Positions 38,250 to 50,900 of a DNA stretch of 64,000 nucleotides are shown here, in pieces; the stretch's first letter is position 1; every line of letters begins with the position of its first letter. The position numbers were made by a program, and so were the translations under genes. The stretch is taken from the NCBI GenBank assembly GCA_951804945.1, contig OX638150.1, positions 103,354,001-103,418,000 on the forward strand, in the 5' to 3' direction. The notes under the pieces are model-generated. The model ran no database searches, had not been told where the DNA came from, and saw only the letters and a list, made by a program, of their open reading frames with translations. The DNA comes from Podarcis cretensis. Its lineage: Eukaryota.

Positions 38250-38597
38250 AAGGTAAAGAAAGGTAGGTCCATTAGGTCCAGTCGCAGACAACTCTGGGGT
38301 TATGCGCTCATCTCACTCTAGGCCGAGGGAGTCAGCGTTTGTCTGCAGACAGCTTCTGGGTCAAGTGGCCAGCATGACTAAGCCGCTTCTGGCGAACCAG
38401 AGCAGCGCACGGAAACGCCGTTTACCTTCCCACCAGAGTGGTACCTATTTATCTGCTTGTACTTGACGTTCTTTTGAACTGCTAGGAGCTGGGACCGAAC
38501 AACTGGAGCTCACCCCTTCAAGGGGATTTGAACCGCCGACCTTCTGACCAGCAAGCCCTAAGCTCTGTGGTTTAGAACACAGCGCCACCTGCGTCTC
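38250..38597 (-). mobile_element. Sauria SINE (full length)
   Basis: Head/tail as above; perfect 13-bp TSD aatttataaatta at 38237-38249 and 38598-38610. Confidence 0.9.
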
Positions 38598-39506
38598 AAT
38601 TTATAAATTATGCCTTCTTGATTCTAACTTTCCCTGAATAGGGTATTTTTAAAATAGGTGTGTGACAGTGATCCCCCCCCCAAATACCTTTTAACTGCAC
38701 ATGGCTTGATTTTAGTGGTCCTATTTAGTGGTTCCTTGCTTTGCAGTCTCAAACGATGCATTTCCCAACTGGAACATGTAATTTATTCATCGCAAGATGC
38801 AGGTGTGTGCCTGCGTGTGTGTCTAATATTTAGGCTATTTTACCTGTAGCTTTCGAAATATTTAGAAGCAGGTGAGCATTTACAACCCAAACAAGGATGC
38901 TGATCAGTGATTTATTCTAATTAGATACATGCTTGCTATAGAAATTCTCAGCCCTGCAGATGGGATGCATTATGGTACCTTTGCAAAAGGGTCTCTCTGT
39001 CCATCTGGAAACCATTCCGTTAGATATGTTAACTCGGAAATTCATGGACTTCCCCCCCCCCCAACAACAACAACAACACATTCTGTTGCCAGCTGCAGAG
39101 ATAACCCATTTGCTTTTACATTGCCTACCGAGAAGGGCCACAGAAAGGAGGGAAGAGCTTGTGACATTAATAATGCTGAAGGCATGATTGCAATACCAAA
39201 TGCCCATAAGTCATTGTTCCCAACTCCATACCAGCCAGAGGCCCTTTCTTACATTATTCTGGTGGGATGGGAGCAGGGCTCTTTATCAGCTGGAACTCAT
39301 TTCCGGCACCTCTCAGGTGGGCACCATTGTCATTATGAGAGAACAAAGGAAGCGTTTGTGGTGAGTTCCGGCTCCTCTTTTTCTAGAAAACTAGCACTGG
39401 ATGGGAGTCATTGCAATGCATTAAAACATAAGAGCCTGTTGGATCCAGCCAATGGCCCATCTGGTCTAGCATCCTGTTCTCACAGTGGTTAACCAGATGC
39501 CTATGG

Positions 39507-39804
39507 GAAGAAGAAGAAGAAGAAGAAGAAGAAGAAGAAGAAGAAGAAGAAGAAGAAGAAGAGTAGTAGTTTAGATTTGATATCCCACTTTATCACTCCC
39601 CTTAAGGAGTCTCAAGGCAGCTAACAATCTCCTTTCCCTTCCTCCCCCACAACAAACACTCTGTGAGGTGAGTGGGGCTGAGAGACTTCAAAGAAGTATG
39701 AATAGTCCAAGGTCACCCAGCAGCTACATGTGGAGGAGCGGGGAAGCGAACCCAGTTCACCAGATTACAAGTCTACCGCTCTTAACTACACCACACTGGC
39801 TCCC
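39507..39804 (-). mobile_element. Squam3-like SINE with tail expanded to (GAA)18, nested in a CR1-type 3' end (~39424-39910)
   Basis: (GAA)n at 39507-39560; host sequence aacataagagcc...cctatgggaag resumes after the SINE. Confidence 0.8.
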
Positions 39805-40195
39805 ACTAGCAAGACCTGAGCACAAAAAGAGCCCTCTCACCTCCTCCGGTTTCCAGCAGCTGGTATTCAGAAGCATCTGTTCTCTGACTGTGGAGGTAGT
39901 AGCCATTCCTCTGCCACCAGTGTTCTGTGAGAAGCTCCAGGCCACATGGATGGAGGTGCAGTATGGCCTTCACCCAGTCTGACATGGGGCTTCTCATATT
40001 ACTTTGGCAGCCCAGGATGAAGACACACTGTAGAAGCTCCAAACCCAACAGAGCAATAAGAAAGGAATCATCCCACTGAAGCCACAGGGACAAGCTTTTA
40101 TTTCTGAAACAAATCTTTAGTGATTCATCTAGTACTCTGTTCTGTATTTCTGGAATTTTTCTTAAAGCATGTACCAAATATTTGTCTTAAAATCA

Positions 40196-40239
<44 letters not shown>

Positions 40240-41700
40240 AATTTATATATCACCCTATACCCAGAGGTCTCAGGGTGGTTCACAGAATAAAATCAAGATA
40301 TAAAACCTCAAAATATATAATCAAAATACAAACGACAACCCAATCACACACAAACACACACACCAAAAAACCCACATTTTAAAAGAGCATAGGATGTCAA
40401 TCAAATCAACCAAAGGCCTGGTTAAAAAAAAAGGAAGGTTTTGCCTGGCGTCTTAAGGTGTATAATGAAGGCGCCAGGCAAACTTCCCTGGGGAGAGTAT
40501 TCCACAGATGGGGAGCCACTGCAAAGGAGGCCCGTTCTCATGTTGCCACCCTCTAGATCTCTCGAGAAGGAGGCACAGGAAGAAGGGTCTCAGAAGATGA
40601 TCTCAGGGTCCGGGTAGGTTCATATGGAAAGAGGCATCCCTTGAGGTATTGCGGTCCTGAGCCATTTAAGACTTTATAGGTCAAAACCAGCACTTTGAAT
40701 TGGGCCCGGAAACTAACTGGTAGCCAGTGCAGTCAGACCAGGATCAGTGCAATGTGTTCAAACTGTCTTGCTCCGGTGAGCAACCTGGCTGCTGAATTCT
40801 ACACTAGCTGAAGTTTCTGAACTGTCTTCAGACTCAGCCCCACATATAACACGCTGCAGTAATCTAACCTTGAGGTTACCAGAGCATAGACAACAGTAAT
40901 TAGGCTATCCTTGTTCAGATGGGCCACCAGCCGAAGCTGATGGAAGGCACTGAGGCCACCTGAGCCTCAAGCAACAGCAAAGGATCCAGGAGTATCCCCA
41001 GGCTACGAACCTTCTCCTTCAGAGGAAATGTAACCCATCAAGAGCAGGTGATTCCCACCCATCTGGTCTAGGGAACCACCCACTAACAGTGTGTCAGTCT
41101 TATTTAGATTGAGTTTCAGTTTGTTGGCTCTCATCCAGTCCATTACTGTGGCAAGACACCACTTCCACTGCCTCACCTGCAGATGTAAAGGAGAAACAAA
41201 GCTGAGTGTCATCAGCATACTGCTGACAACGTATTCCAAACCTCTGGGAAACCCCACCCAGCGGTTTCATGTAGATGTTAAACAATGTAGGGGATAGGAC
41301 TGAGCCCCACGTTGAAGGTTCCAAGGGGCTGAAAAGCCCAAGCAACACCCTCTGGGAACGACCATCCAAGTAGGACTGGAACCACCGCAAAGCGGTGCCA
41401 CCCACCCCTAGTTCAGACAGTTGCTCCAGAGGGATGCCATGGTTGATTCTATCGAAAGCCGCTGAAAGATCAAGAAGAATTAACAGGGAGCTGTTTCCCT
41501 TGTCTCTGTCTCTCAACAGAGGTCATCATACAGGGCGACCAAAGCAGTTTCTGTGCCAAAACAGGGCCTAAACTCCCATTGAAATGGATCCAGAAAATCA
41601 GTTTCTTACAAAAGCGCCTGGATCTGGTCTGCGATCACTCACTCCACAACCTTGCTCAGGAAAGGGAGATTAGCAAGTGGCCTATAGTTAGTTAGGTTTT
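40196..41700 (-). mobile_element. L2-clade LINE, 5'-truncated, with decayed RT
   Basis: RT motifs LILLDLSAAFD, GSVLSPTLFNIY, QYADDTQL and WMRANKLKLN in frameshifted ORFs 41003-41516; (TAT)n tail at 40196-40236. Confidence 0.9.
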
Positions 41701-41910
41701 ATCTTCTAAGTGGTTCAGTATGCTTAATTAGAATCTATCCTTCAGTGCCATGTACATTGAATTGGTCCAATAATTACTGCATTTTTATTTTTTAGTAATA
41801 CTGCTAAGTTGTCCTATTTTGCTTCCCTGGTGGTGGTGGTGGTTGTTGTTGTTGTTGTTGTTTGTATAGCTCGAAAGCATAATTTAAAATTGGCTATTTT
41901 TCTCTTTCAG

Positions 41911-41943
41911 GTGAAGGCAGCTTCCAAATACGTGGATGTGCCC
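41911..41943 (+). CDS. CADPS: CADPS 33-nt exon (VKAASKYVDVP)
   Basis: tttttctctttcag acceptor, CCC|gtaagc donor, phase 0-0; joins FT to KPGMDV; absent from ORF track. Confidence 0.95.
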
Positions 41944-44900
41944 GTAAGCACACAAAAATTACGATAATTTTTGCAATAGTTCCTGCTATGTATTTTTAGA
42001 AGAAGAAAAAATGGAGTTGCTTTTTCTTCCCCTTTAAATCCTGTCTTAGCTAATGGTGTACTATAGACTCCTGTTTACAAAAGTTTCTGAAAGCTGATTT
42101 ATCCTGAAAGTTTCCTGTTAATTTTACCCTATAGACATGCTTTCATTTATGATTCTCTGTCCCTTGCATCATATGCTGTTTATCATCCACCAATATGTAA
42201 AACAGGGCCCAGAGTCTAAATGTGGCCTCCAAGGGATGTCACTACAGCCACAGAACTTTTCTGAATTTGGGCACAACCTGCCATTAGCATGAAAAGGGTA
42301 ACTTCGCACTAACTCTGTAACAACAGCAGCGTTGGACCAAAGCTGCAGACTACCAACTACAAATTCCCTCTTTAAAATGTTGGCTCAGACTACAACTATA
42401 CCACTGTAAGTGGTAAGTGTGGGAAGGCCCTAAGATGAGTAGTAAACTATCTTTGGCGATCACTCATAGCTGAATAAGATTGTCTTCCATAAACACAGTT
42501 TTAACAATGAGTCCGTAGGTGACTGTGGAGGCCAATTCTGGATCCACACGTCCTTCCACAAGGACTTACTGGGCAGGAGGAGGCAACAGTCCCAGGAAAC
42601 GAAGGAAGATACTGTCGCGCATTTGAGTGGCATTGTGGGAAGTGGTTCCTGAGAGCTACCAGCATCTTGAAACAATGGCTTTGAAGAACAGGCTGCAAAG
42701 ATGGGGGTCTGTCGTAATTGTGGTACACAGGCAGTACAAGGTCTAAAATGAGGCCTGGCCAGAAGAGGGGGCTTGTGAGGCTGAAGAAGGGAGAGAGAGC
42801 AATAGTTCAGTTTGCTAGGCCTAGCAAGAGGGAAATTACCGGTAAAGCCAAAACAGAGGTCAGGAATGTACATTAGGAAATTTAAAAACTCATCATTCTT
42901 CCATTCTTTCTTGTTGTCTTTCCCAGGTGGCAAGCAACAATATAAGCAATAAAAATGTAACACAGCATTATTAATAAAGATTCTTAAAATTAAAAAATAC
43001 AAAATACAAAAAAATTCAAAAATGCCAAAGCAGTAAAATAGAAACCATTTCCAACCACAGCAATACAAAAATATAATGGCAGCATGTCCAGCAAACAGCT
43101 TGGCTAAAAACCATAAAAACTCCAGAAGGACTTTTACAGAGGCCCAAACTACCTTATTCAAAATCAGATAAACTGATGGGTCAGTTCTTACTAACATAAT
43201 TTAAGTGTAACCCAGATAGGCAGAAATGTTGAATTGGTGCTGTGTATACCAAAACCAGCCTTGAACATTTCTGCAAAATAACCACATTATATCATTCTTA
43301 TAAGGGCAGATAGTGCTGCTGCCTGCATCTCTCTATTCAGAGCTTGGATTATAATGAAGAGAACTCTTAAAGATCTCAGGCAAAGCACTCTGCTTGCCAG
43401 AAATTAACATTTAAATTAAGTTTAAGTGCAGTATATAAATGTTGGTGGGAGTCAAGGATTATGACTGATAAACAGGAGGCAATTGCAGACAGACTTTTTT
43501 TAAATGAGAATTTATAAACATGAATGACTACTTTTAACTTTACAAATATGGATCCATATGTAGAATTTGGAAGATAAAGATGTTTACATATTAGTACAGA
43601 GAAGCTATATGTGGTTTTGATCAGTAAACTGTTTTGCTTACTTCAGTATATATTTATGGAATTTACAGGCAGAGTTTAGAATTTATTCCTTTTTCTTTTC
43701 ACATTATGAAACATCATGACCGTTGTTTTGAAACCTTCCCACCCAAGTAGTCTAATCCACCAAATACCTGGTTACATAATATGTAGGTGCCTGGGGAGAG
43801 TTTTGCACAAATGGGAAGCCACCACAGAAAAGACCCCGTCTCATGCTGCTACCCTCCAGACTTCTCATGGCCCCTCTCCTGGAGGGAGCGCATGAAGAAG
43901 GGCGTCAGATTATGATTGCAGGGTATTAGGAAAATACCTGCCCCCCATGGCTCAGGAACCTTGACATCAGGTTCCGACAACACCTATAGATTTGATATCT
44001 GCTTTCAGCCATAGGGGATTGCCAATCTCTGGACCATTACAGCATCAGACGGTGTGATTGCAGAAACTACAGGTGGGACATAAAATCACAGAATTGTAAA
44101 GTTGGATGGGGTCCCAAGGCTCATCCAGTCCAACCCTCTGCAATGCAGAAGTCTCACCTAAAGAACCTCTGTATAAAACCTCCAGCCAGGCAGAGCAGGT
44201 AGGCATGTGGGAATGTTGGAGAAAGCAGCTGAGCATGGCAAGCTGGAATGAAAAGGGGATGTCAGAGCAGCTAAATGGAATACCCTCCTCAACTCCCTTC
44301 CTTGCAGAGGAAACCAAGAAGGGGAAAATAATGTAGGAAGAGACCCTATGGAGGCACCTTCCTTCTCGCCATCCCGGTCTCAGCACTTAGTGGGATCCTG
44401 AAGAGTGGGACAATACAGTATGTTCTACAAGGGGACTATTGCAATCTGATTTTCACAATGAAGTTGGTGCCTTCACTCCCTTTGTTCCCCTAACCCATCC
44501 AATAATCTCAATTGACTGGCAAATTCTTTCAGTGGTGGGGAAACTCCCCAAACCTGTGCAGTCAGGAGAGCTTTGAGGTTTTATCTCTAGGTAAAAGCTT
44601 AGCTCTCTTAGCATCAACCAGATAACAATTGCTGCATCTAATTCTGGAAATATGATTGTTTAGTACTGGAGAATTACAGCACTTTTTATTGCATCCTAAA
44701 GCTGGCACAATCCGCTTGCAGGAAATTGCTTGAAAAAATATAACCGCCACGTTTACATTGTCCTCATTGTTTTTTAAATTAATACCTTGTCATTGTTTCA
44801 GTAGGTGTTAAAAATGTTACTGGCAGCTCTGGGGCCAACCATTGGCCCTTTGCTTGATAATTGTATTTCTATTTTAATATATATATCTATAAACTACCTT

Positions 44901-46165
44901 CCCACTGCTTCTCAAACTGTCCTAATTTTCACCCTGGAAATTACAGAGAAGTGTTAACTAACTTCAATTTACAGTGGCTGACAATCACATCTCATACAGA
45001 AAATGATACTTTGTGATCTGCGGTAAATCACAGTAATACAAGTAATGACACCCATTACGAAGAAACTTCCAATGTGCCACAGACATTTAAGATTTGTGTG
45101 GCAGCTTTCATAATGACTCTTGTTTCAGCAGTTTAATGGGTTCCCTCTGAGATAAGTTCGATTCCAACATATGAAGGAGTGTGAACTTACTTAGTGATGA
45201 TTTTCTCCCAAATTATCTCCACGGCTTGCATCTTGTGAGGGAAACACAAACTGTGCCATGAGCATCACAGATACCGCAAGCTTTAGAAGTTCTGGTTTTG
45301 GGGAGACAGACTCCTCAGACAGGTTGGAGACTGAACAGAGGAGTCCTGTGCACGTTTACTTAGAAGTAAGTGCCACTGTGTCCCAGCAGACCCGGGATTG
45401 CAGCCTTAGTAGCTATTTAGCATTTAGGGCCCAATCCAGCAAAGGTTTCAACAAGGGAAAGTCTGCTAAACTTTTCCACTACAATCAATACACTGCTGAA
45501 GTATTTGTGCCCTTACCAGATGTATAGAAATAAAAGATAAAACTGCAAACTCTTTTTTATAATGTGTGGTTCTGAATGGCGTTTTAAAAAATATATATAC
45601 ATGTACCTATTTCAAATGCCTTAGGGGAAAGAGACTTAGTGCTGGGTGTTAGCCTTCTAACATTGTATAATAGGAGATTTGCGTACAGATAACGCAAGGG
45701 GTGGGGTGGGGGGCTGAACCCAGCAGGAGTTGTTGCTTTGCTAATTAGGTCAATAGTACCAAACATTGCAAGAGAGGACTTCCTGGCACCAAGAGCGTCA
45801 AGGGAAAGTCTATATCCATCTAAGCCGCTTCCCTCCAGGCGAAAGAGAAAGAGAGATAGTCTGTGCATACGGTGATCTTCTACGCTATGCAAGCTGCACT
45901 TAGTGTTGCTTCAGCTGCCTACCAAGCAAGAGCTGACACCCAAATATGTCACAGATACTCTGGTAGGAAAAGGAACCTCCGCCACAGTGTCAGGGAGAAT
46001 AGAGCGCATGGCGGCAAGGGACAGGCGGACAGGAAGGATCCTTACAAATGAATAAATAAGCTTTTCTTGGGAAGATGCCATTTTCATGCTGGGTGTTTTG
46101 TGTTTTTTTCCCCCACCCTCCTCCTCTCTCCTCTCCTCCCTGCCCCACTCCTTTCCTCTGTGCAG

Positions 46166-46273
46166 AAACCAGGGATGGATGTCGCTGACGCCTACGTGAC
46201 CTTCGTGCGCCATTCTCAGGACATCCTGCGTGATAAGGTCAATGAGGAGATGTATATAGAAAGGTTATTTGAT
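46166..46273 (+). CDS. CADPS: CADPS coding exon ([36 protein letters not shown]), containing the E>G editing codon
   Basis: cctctgtgcag acceptor, GAT|gtaagt donor, 108 nt, phase 0-0. Confidence 0.97.
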
Positions 46274-47613
46274 GTAAGTAAATGCCTTCTCCGCCTTGGG
46301 GGAATCCAAGGAGGAGAAACTGCAAAATGTGGCAAAATGAGACAGGAGGATAAGTCACATTTTGAGATTAAATGATTACTTTTAGATTTTTTTTATTTTA
46401 AGTTTCCTTTTCCTTCTGATTGAAATTCTCTCAGCTCTCTGTCTGCTCTAATGTTCTACTTGGATCCACTTTGTCCCAGTTTCTCTCTCTCTCTCTTTCT
46501 CTCTCTAGATTTTTTAGATAAAAGCATCTTATATCAACATGTATCATCTTGTATCCGAAATGTGTTAGGCTGCAATCCTATGCTCCCTTACCAGGGAGTG
46601 AGCCCTGTTGAACACAGAGGGGTTTACTTCTGAGTAGATATGTATAGGATTTGCACTGCAAGTCATTATTATCATCAAAAGTCCTGTTTTTAAAAGGTGG
46701 GGGGAGAAGAAGTCAGATAGGGTGCATGTGCAATTTGACTTGGAGATAGCATTGTTACTGAAATACCATTTTTTAATTAAATGGTGGGAGGGAATGACCT
46801 TTCCCTCCAGGAAATCTAAGCATGATTTAAACATTTAAAGAAAAAATGATAAGTCCGATTTTTGCATTATAGAATACAATTGTAATGCTTTAAAACCAGA
46901 ACTTTTAAAATCTGAAAACCTAGGTTTAAAACCTTGGAATAGGACGGCAGCTGTGGTGCCCGATAGCTCCCAAGTGTCAACTAAGATTGTATTTTGAATA
47001 GCATAGAGTGCATGTTCACAGACTTCTCTACCTTTCTGTTGCTTCTGCTGTGCAACACATTTTCTGCCCTAGCAATTGTGCAGTCTAGCATTGACGCTTG
47101 CAGCAGGTGCTTGACATTACTGTTTCAGTCACTTGTTTGGTTGGATCTCTGTTTATGTTGTTTTTGTGGCTGTAAAGCAGCTTCCTTTTTCTCCCTTTGC
47201 AACCTCTCAGCGCTTTCTCTCTCTCTCTCTCGCTCGTTCACTCGCTCTCATTTGTTTTGTGCTGTTTCTCTCCCCCACCTACCCAGTATTCTGGCATTTG
47301 GATGTGAATGCCTTCAGACCTACCAGCGCTTTATTGACGTGCTCCCTTGCTTGCATTGGGCAGGAAAAGCCTTTTCTCTCCCATCGTCACTGCCGCACCA
47401 CCCCATACAAGTTCCTCTCCTGCTTGATACCCATCTTCCCCCCACCACTCCACCCCATTTTTCTTTTCCCACTGAAGCCTCTTCCCTACTGCATAATTCT
47501 CTCCTTTCACCGCCACCCTTCTCCCCCCCCCCCCCATATTCTCCAAGATTAAAATGGAACTTATCTCTCATGTCAAATGTTTTATCACATTATATCAAGT
47601 GGCATGAATTGGA

Positions 47614-47668
47614 GTCAAATAATCTTCCTGTGTACATCTTCTAGCATGACCCATATCCACTGAGAATG
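47614..47668 (+). promoter_or_regulatory. Editing-complementary sequence (ECS) for the 46166-46273 exon
   Basis: 47614-47642 pairs with 46245-46273 at 28 of 29 positions (23 Watson-Crick, 5 G-U, one A.C); 47647-47651 pairs with 46237-46241; 47660-47668 pairs perfectly with 46211-46219. Confidence 0.85.
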
Positions 47669-48830
47669 CCTCATTCATGCATAAAGCACTCCAGAGACTC
47701 CTTTCCTCTTAAGAGAATTTCAAGCATTTAAAAAAAAAAATGTCAAATACAAATCACCTATCCACTTGGCAATGACAAAGAGGCAGTCATTTCCATTCTG
47801 TTACAGATCTACTAGCGCTCTGCCTGCCTATTGCTGAAATTCTTCCATTAGCAGTACATTTCCCCGGGACTGTTCTTTTCAGTGCCAACCTTTCCTTTGA
47901 GCAGTTTCCAGTTTTGTGCAGATCCCAGCAGACGGATAGTTGATCGGAATTGAATTTCAGTTCAATCGAAACCATGGTCTATATAAGGTCACATCTCTCT
48001 GCTTAAGCTAGATTTTAAAAGGTTTAGGCCTCTGTCTTTGCAGAGGAGCCAACGCACAGCGAGAATTCGTTTGGCTTAAACGTTGCATTGGCATCCCCCC
48101 AGGAAGCACACCGCTATAAGCAAGATGAACTCCATTACAAGGCCACAGATAAACACTGTGTTCAAAACTGGGTTAAATTTGCAACATGCTCCCAATTTGG
48201 AACACAGCTCCAAAGAATATAAACTTAAGTTCCAGTGTAAGCACTAAAAACCATGCCTAGGGCACTCATTTTCTACTGCTTTCCACTGTCGCCCAACAGT
48301 TTGCATACTCAAGCCATTATTTTCTTTTCGATCTGGAAAAATTCAGATTAAAAACATTCTTTTTAATCTGGAAACATTCTGCAAAAGAGGAGGGGGCCCC
48401 TGCACCTTAAAGAGTCATGCTGAAGAGAGATGCCGCTTGCATAGCTATTCTGAAATTCCCTATTAAAAGTGAAGGAGCCCCACACACATACACACTTTTA
48501 ACCAGGCTGCTCTATTAACATCCTGCAGTTGTGTGGCTTCCTCTTGGTGCACTTTGAGCCTTCGTGAGCATTTCTGAGCTGTTAAAGATACAGAAGCCTA
48601 CTCTTCCTTTTATCTTGTCACCCTAGAGCAAGACCGGTGGGGAAGCTGTAGACCTGGACTACAGCTCTCATTCAGCCCTGACTATTGGCCATACTTCCTG
48701 GGGCTGTTGGGAGTTGGAGTCAAACAACATCTAGAGAGCCGTAGGTTCCTCACCCCTTCTGTAAAACATGGATGGAGATCCTGTTGTCCTCCAGTTGTTG
48801 TTGTTGTTGTTGTTGTTGTTGGGATACAAC

Positions 48831-48966
48831 TCCCATCAACCCTGACTCATTCGTCATGGTGCCAGGGGCTGATGGGAGTTGGGAGTCTCAACAACATCCC
48901 GTCAACCCTGACTCATTCGTCATGGTGCCAGGGGCTGGTGGGAGTTGGGAGTCTCAACAACATCCC
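48831..48966. repeat. 66-bp tandem duplication (2 copies, 2 mismatches) inside a MITE remnant
   Basis: 48831-48896 vs 48897-48962, seen directly. Confidence 0.9.
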
Positions 48967-49071
48967 TGCTCTAAAATAGGTAACCCTCCCCAGTGGGCGC
49001 ATTGACCTGGGCTTTCCAAGGTCTTACATTGCCTGCTTTGTTTCAGGGTGACCTAATGCAAAAGAGGATAG

Positions 49072-49421
49072 GGGACTCAGGTGGCACTGTGGGTTAAACC
49101 ACAGAGCCTAGGACTTGCCGATCAGAAGGTCGAAGGTTCGAATCCCCGCAACGGGGTGAGTGCCCGTTGCTCGGTCCCTGCTCCTGCCAACCTAGCAGTT
49201 CGAAAGCATGTCAAAGTGCAAGTAGATAAATAGGTACTGCTCCAGCGGGAAGGTAAACGGCGTTTCCGTGCACTGCTCTGGTTCGCCAGAAGCACATTTG
49301 TCATGCTGGCCACATGACCCAGAAGCTGTACCCCGGATCCCTCAACCAAAAAAGCGAGATAAGCGCCGCAATCCCAGAGTCAGCCACGACTGGACCTAAT
49401 GGTCAGGGATCCTTTTACCTT
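49072..49421 (+). mobile_element. Sauria SINE (full length)
   Basis: GGGACTCAGGTGGCACTGTGGGTTAAA head; TSD taatgcaaaagaggatag at 49054-49071 and 49422-49439. Confidence 0.9.
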
Positions 49422-50579
49422 TAATGCAAAAGAGGATAGGGCTCTTTCTAGCAGAAGAGGAAAAATTAAGAGGAGCAGCTATACCTGCTGAAATTCCCTC
49501 TTCTACCCATGTATTAAAAGTGCAGGAGCTCTGTCTCCTTTTTCACAAAGCTGCCTACTTTCAGTGAATCTCAACAACAATGAAATACATCTTTGGCTTC
49601 AATCCTGTTGATATTTCCCTGAGAGTAAGCCCACCTGAACATAGCAGGGCTTACTTTCTGATTAAACATGCATAGAATTGGGGTGTTAATAAAATCACCC
49701 TCTATGTTGTGTTTTATTTCTGAAGGTGGTGTTCACATTGGATTCCTCCTTGCCTTTGTCACATATTCTCCACTTTTTATTTAAAAAAATTAAGTTATTA
49801 ATATTATTGGCAACACATTTTCAAAAGGCTAATTTTGCTGTTTCTTTTGTTCCCGAGGCCATTCATTTTACACTGCTTTAGTGTTCATTACCTCCCCAGT
49901 TCCTCTTCCCCATGTGAGCCGTGATAGCAGAATTATTCTCCCTGGTGGATATTGGGGTATGCAGGAGATTATCTGAATATTACTGTGTGGTCTACATTTT
50001 AATCGCCTTTATTCTGTAAATTAGTCGGGTTTACTGTGGAATAAAGTCATCATTGTCATTTTAAAAATCTTCTCTTCAGGTCACTGGGGAAAGAAACAGA
50101 TTGGCTAGTAAGTTAGTCTGACAATCAGCAGCTAACAAGGCTATTTTCTCCTCCAGGAGTTATTTACTGAAATTTCACATGACTTCTTTGTCCCATTGTA
50201 CTAAACGGGTGGCCAGAAGGCCAGTAGTTATGAGAAAGAAACACAATAGTGTTATTGTGCATTTGTGTTTTCTCGGCTAGAGGTGTGTGGTTTATCTGCA
50301 TGTCCATTCTAAAACTCTGATTTGAGGTTGTATGGCCAGTTTACATCTCTTGGGTTTTTGAGAGGTGATTTTAGCATCTCTTGTAATTTAGAAACAGTAG
50401 CATTGTGTTACCTGTCCCAGGTGGAGTCCTGTGGTGTTGTTTAAATGATAAGAGAGTTGTGATTGTGTATGGCTAGGGTTTGCTTGGGAATTTGGGGTGC
50501 AGGGTAACGTTCCCATGGGTCTGTAGCCAGGAGTGCTTTTTATCTGCTCATGCTGATACTCCAGCCGTGACTGCTTTGG

Positions 50580-50900
50580 GGGCGTGACAGCCTGCTGACC
50601 ACAGTGGCCCCATGCATTGACAATCTCAGGACCTGATTACTGTAATCTCAGGACTTGATTTCATGTGGGGCTGCCCTTGTATCTGGTCCAGAAGCTGCAA
50701 CTGCTACAGAATGCAGCTACTAGACTGCTCACAGGAACAGATTACTGGCAACATGATAATCCGCTGCTGAGAGAGCTGTTCTCGTTGCCGATTTGCTACC
50801 AACCCAGGTTTATGAATCCACAAAGCCCTGAACAACTTGGGCCCAGAGTACCTCAGGGAGCATCCGATCCCTTACCGTATGCTCCACCTTGAGCACTGAG
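50580..50900 (+). mobile_element. Degenerate L2 LINE fragment
   Basis: GLPLYLVQKLQLLQNAATRLLTG...LPI motif. Confidence 0.7.

Noticed and set aside
38929-39492. 187-aa ORF
   Set aside because: Runs through a poly-C/(CAA)n tract and two TE remnants; no homology recognised
42460-43197. 245-aa minus strand ORF (longest in track)
   Set aside because: Low-complexity F/L/C-rich translation of A-rich repeat debris; no recognisable motif
47104-47106. Possible 3-nt CAG microexon (cttgcag|CAG|gtgctt)
   Set aside because: Poor pyrimidine tract, several competing upstream AGs and a weak donor
46994-47644. 216-aa + strand ORF
   Set aside because: Leu/Ser/Pro/Phe-rich product of pyrimidine-rich intron sequence and (CT)n; non-ATG start, no domain
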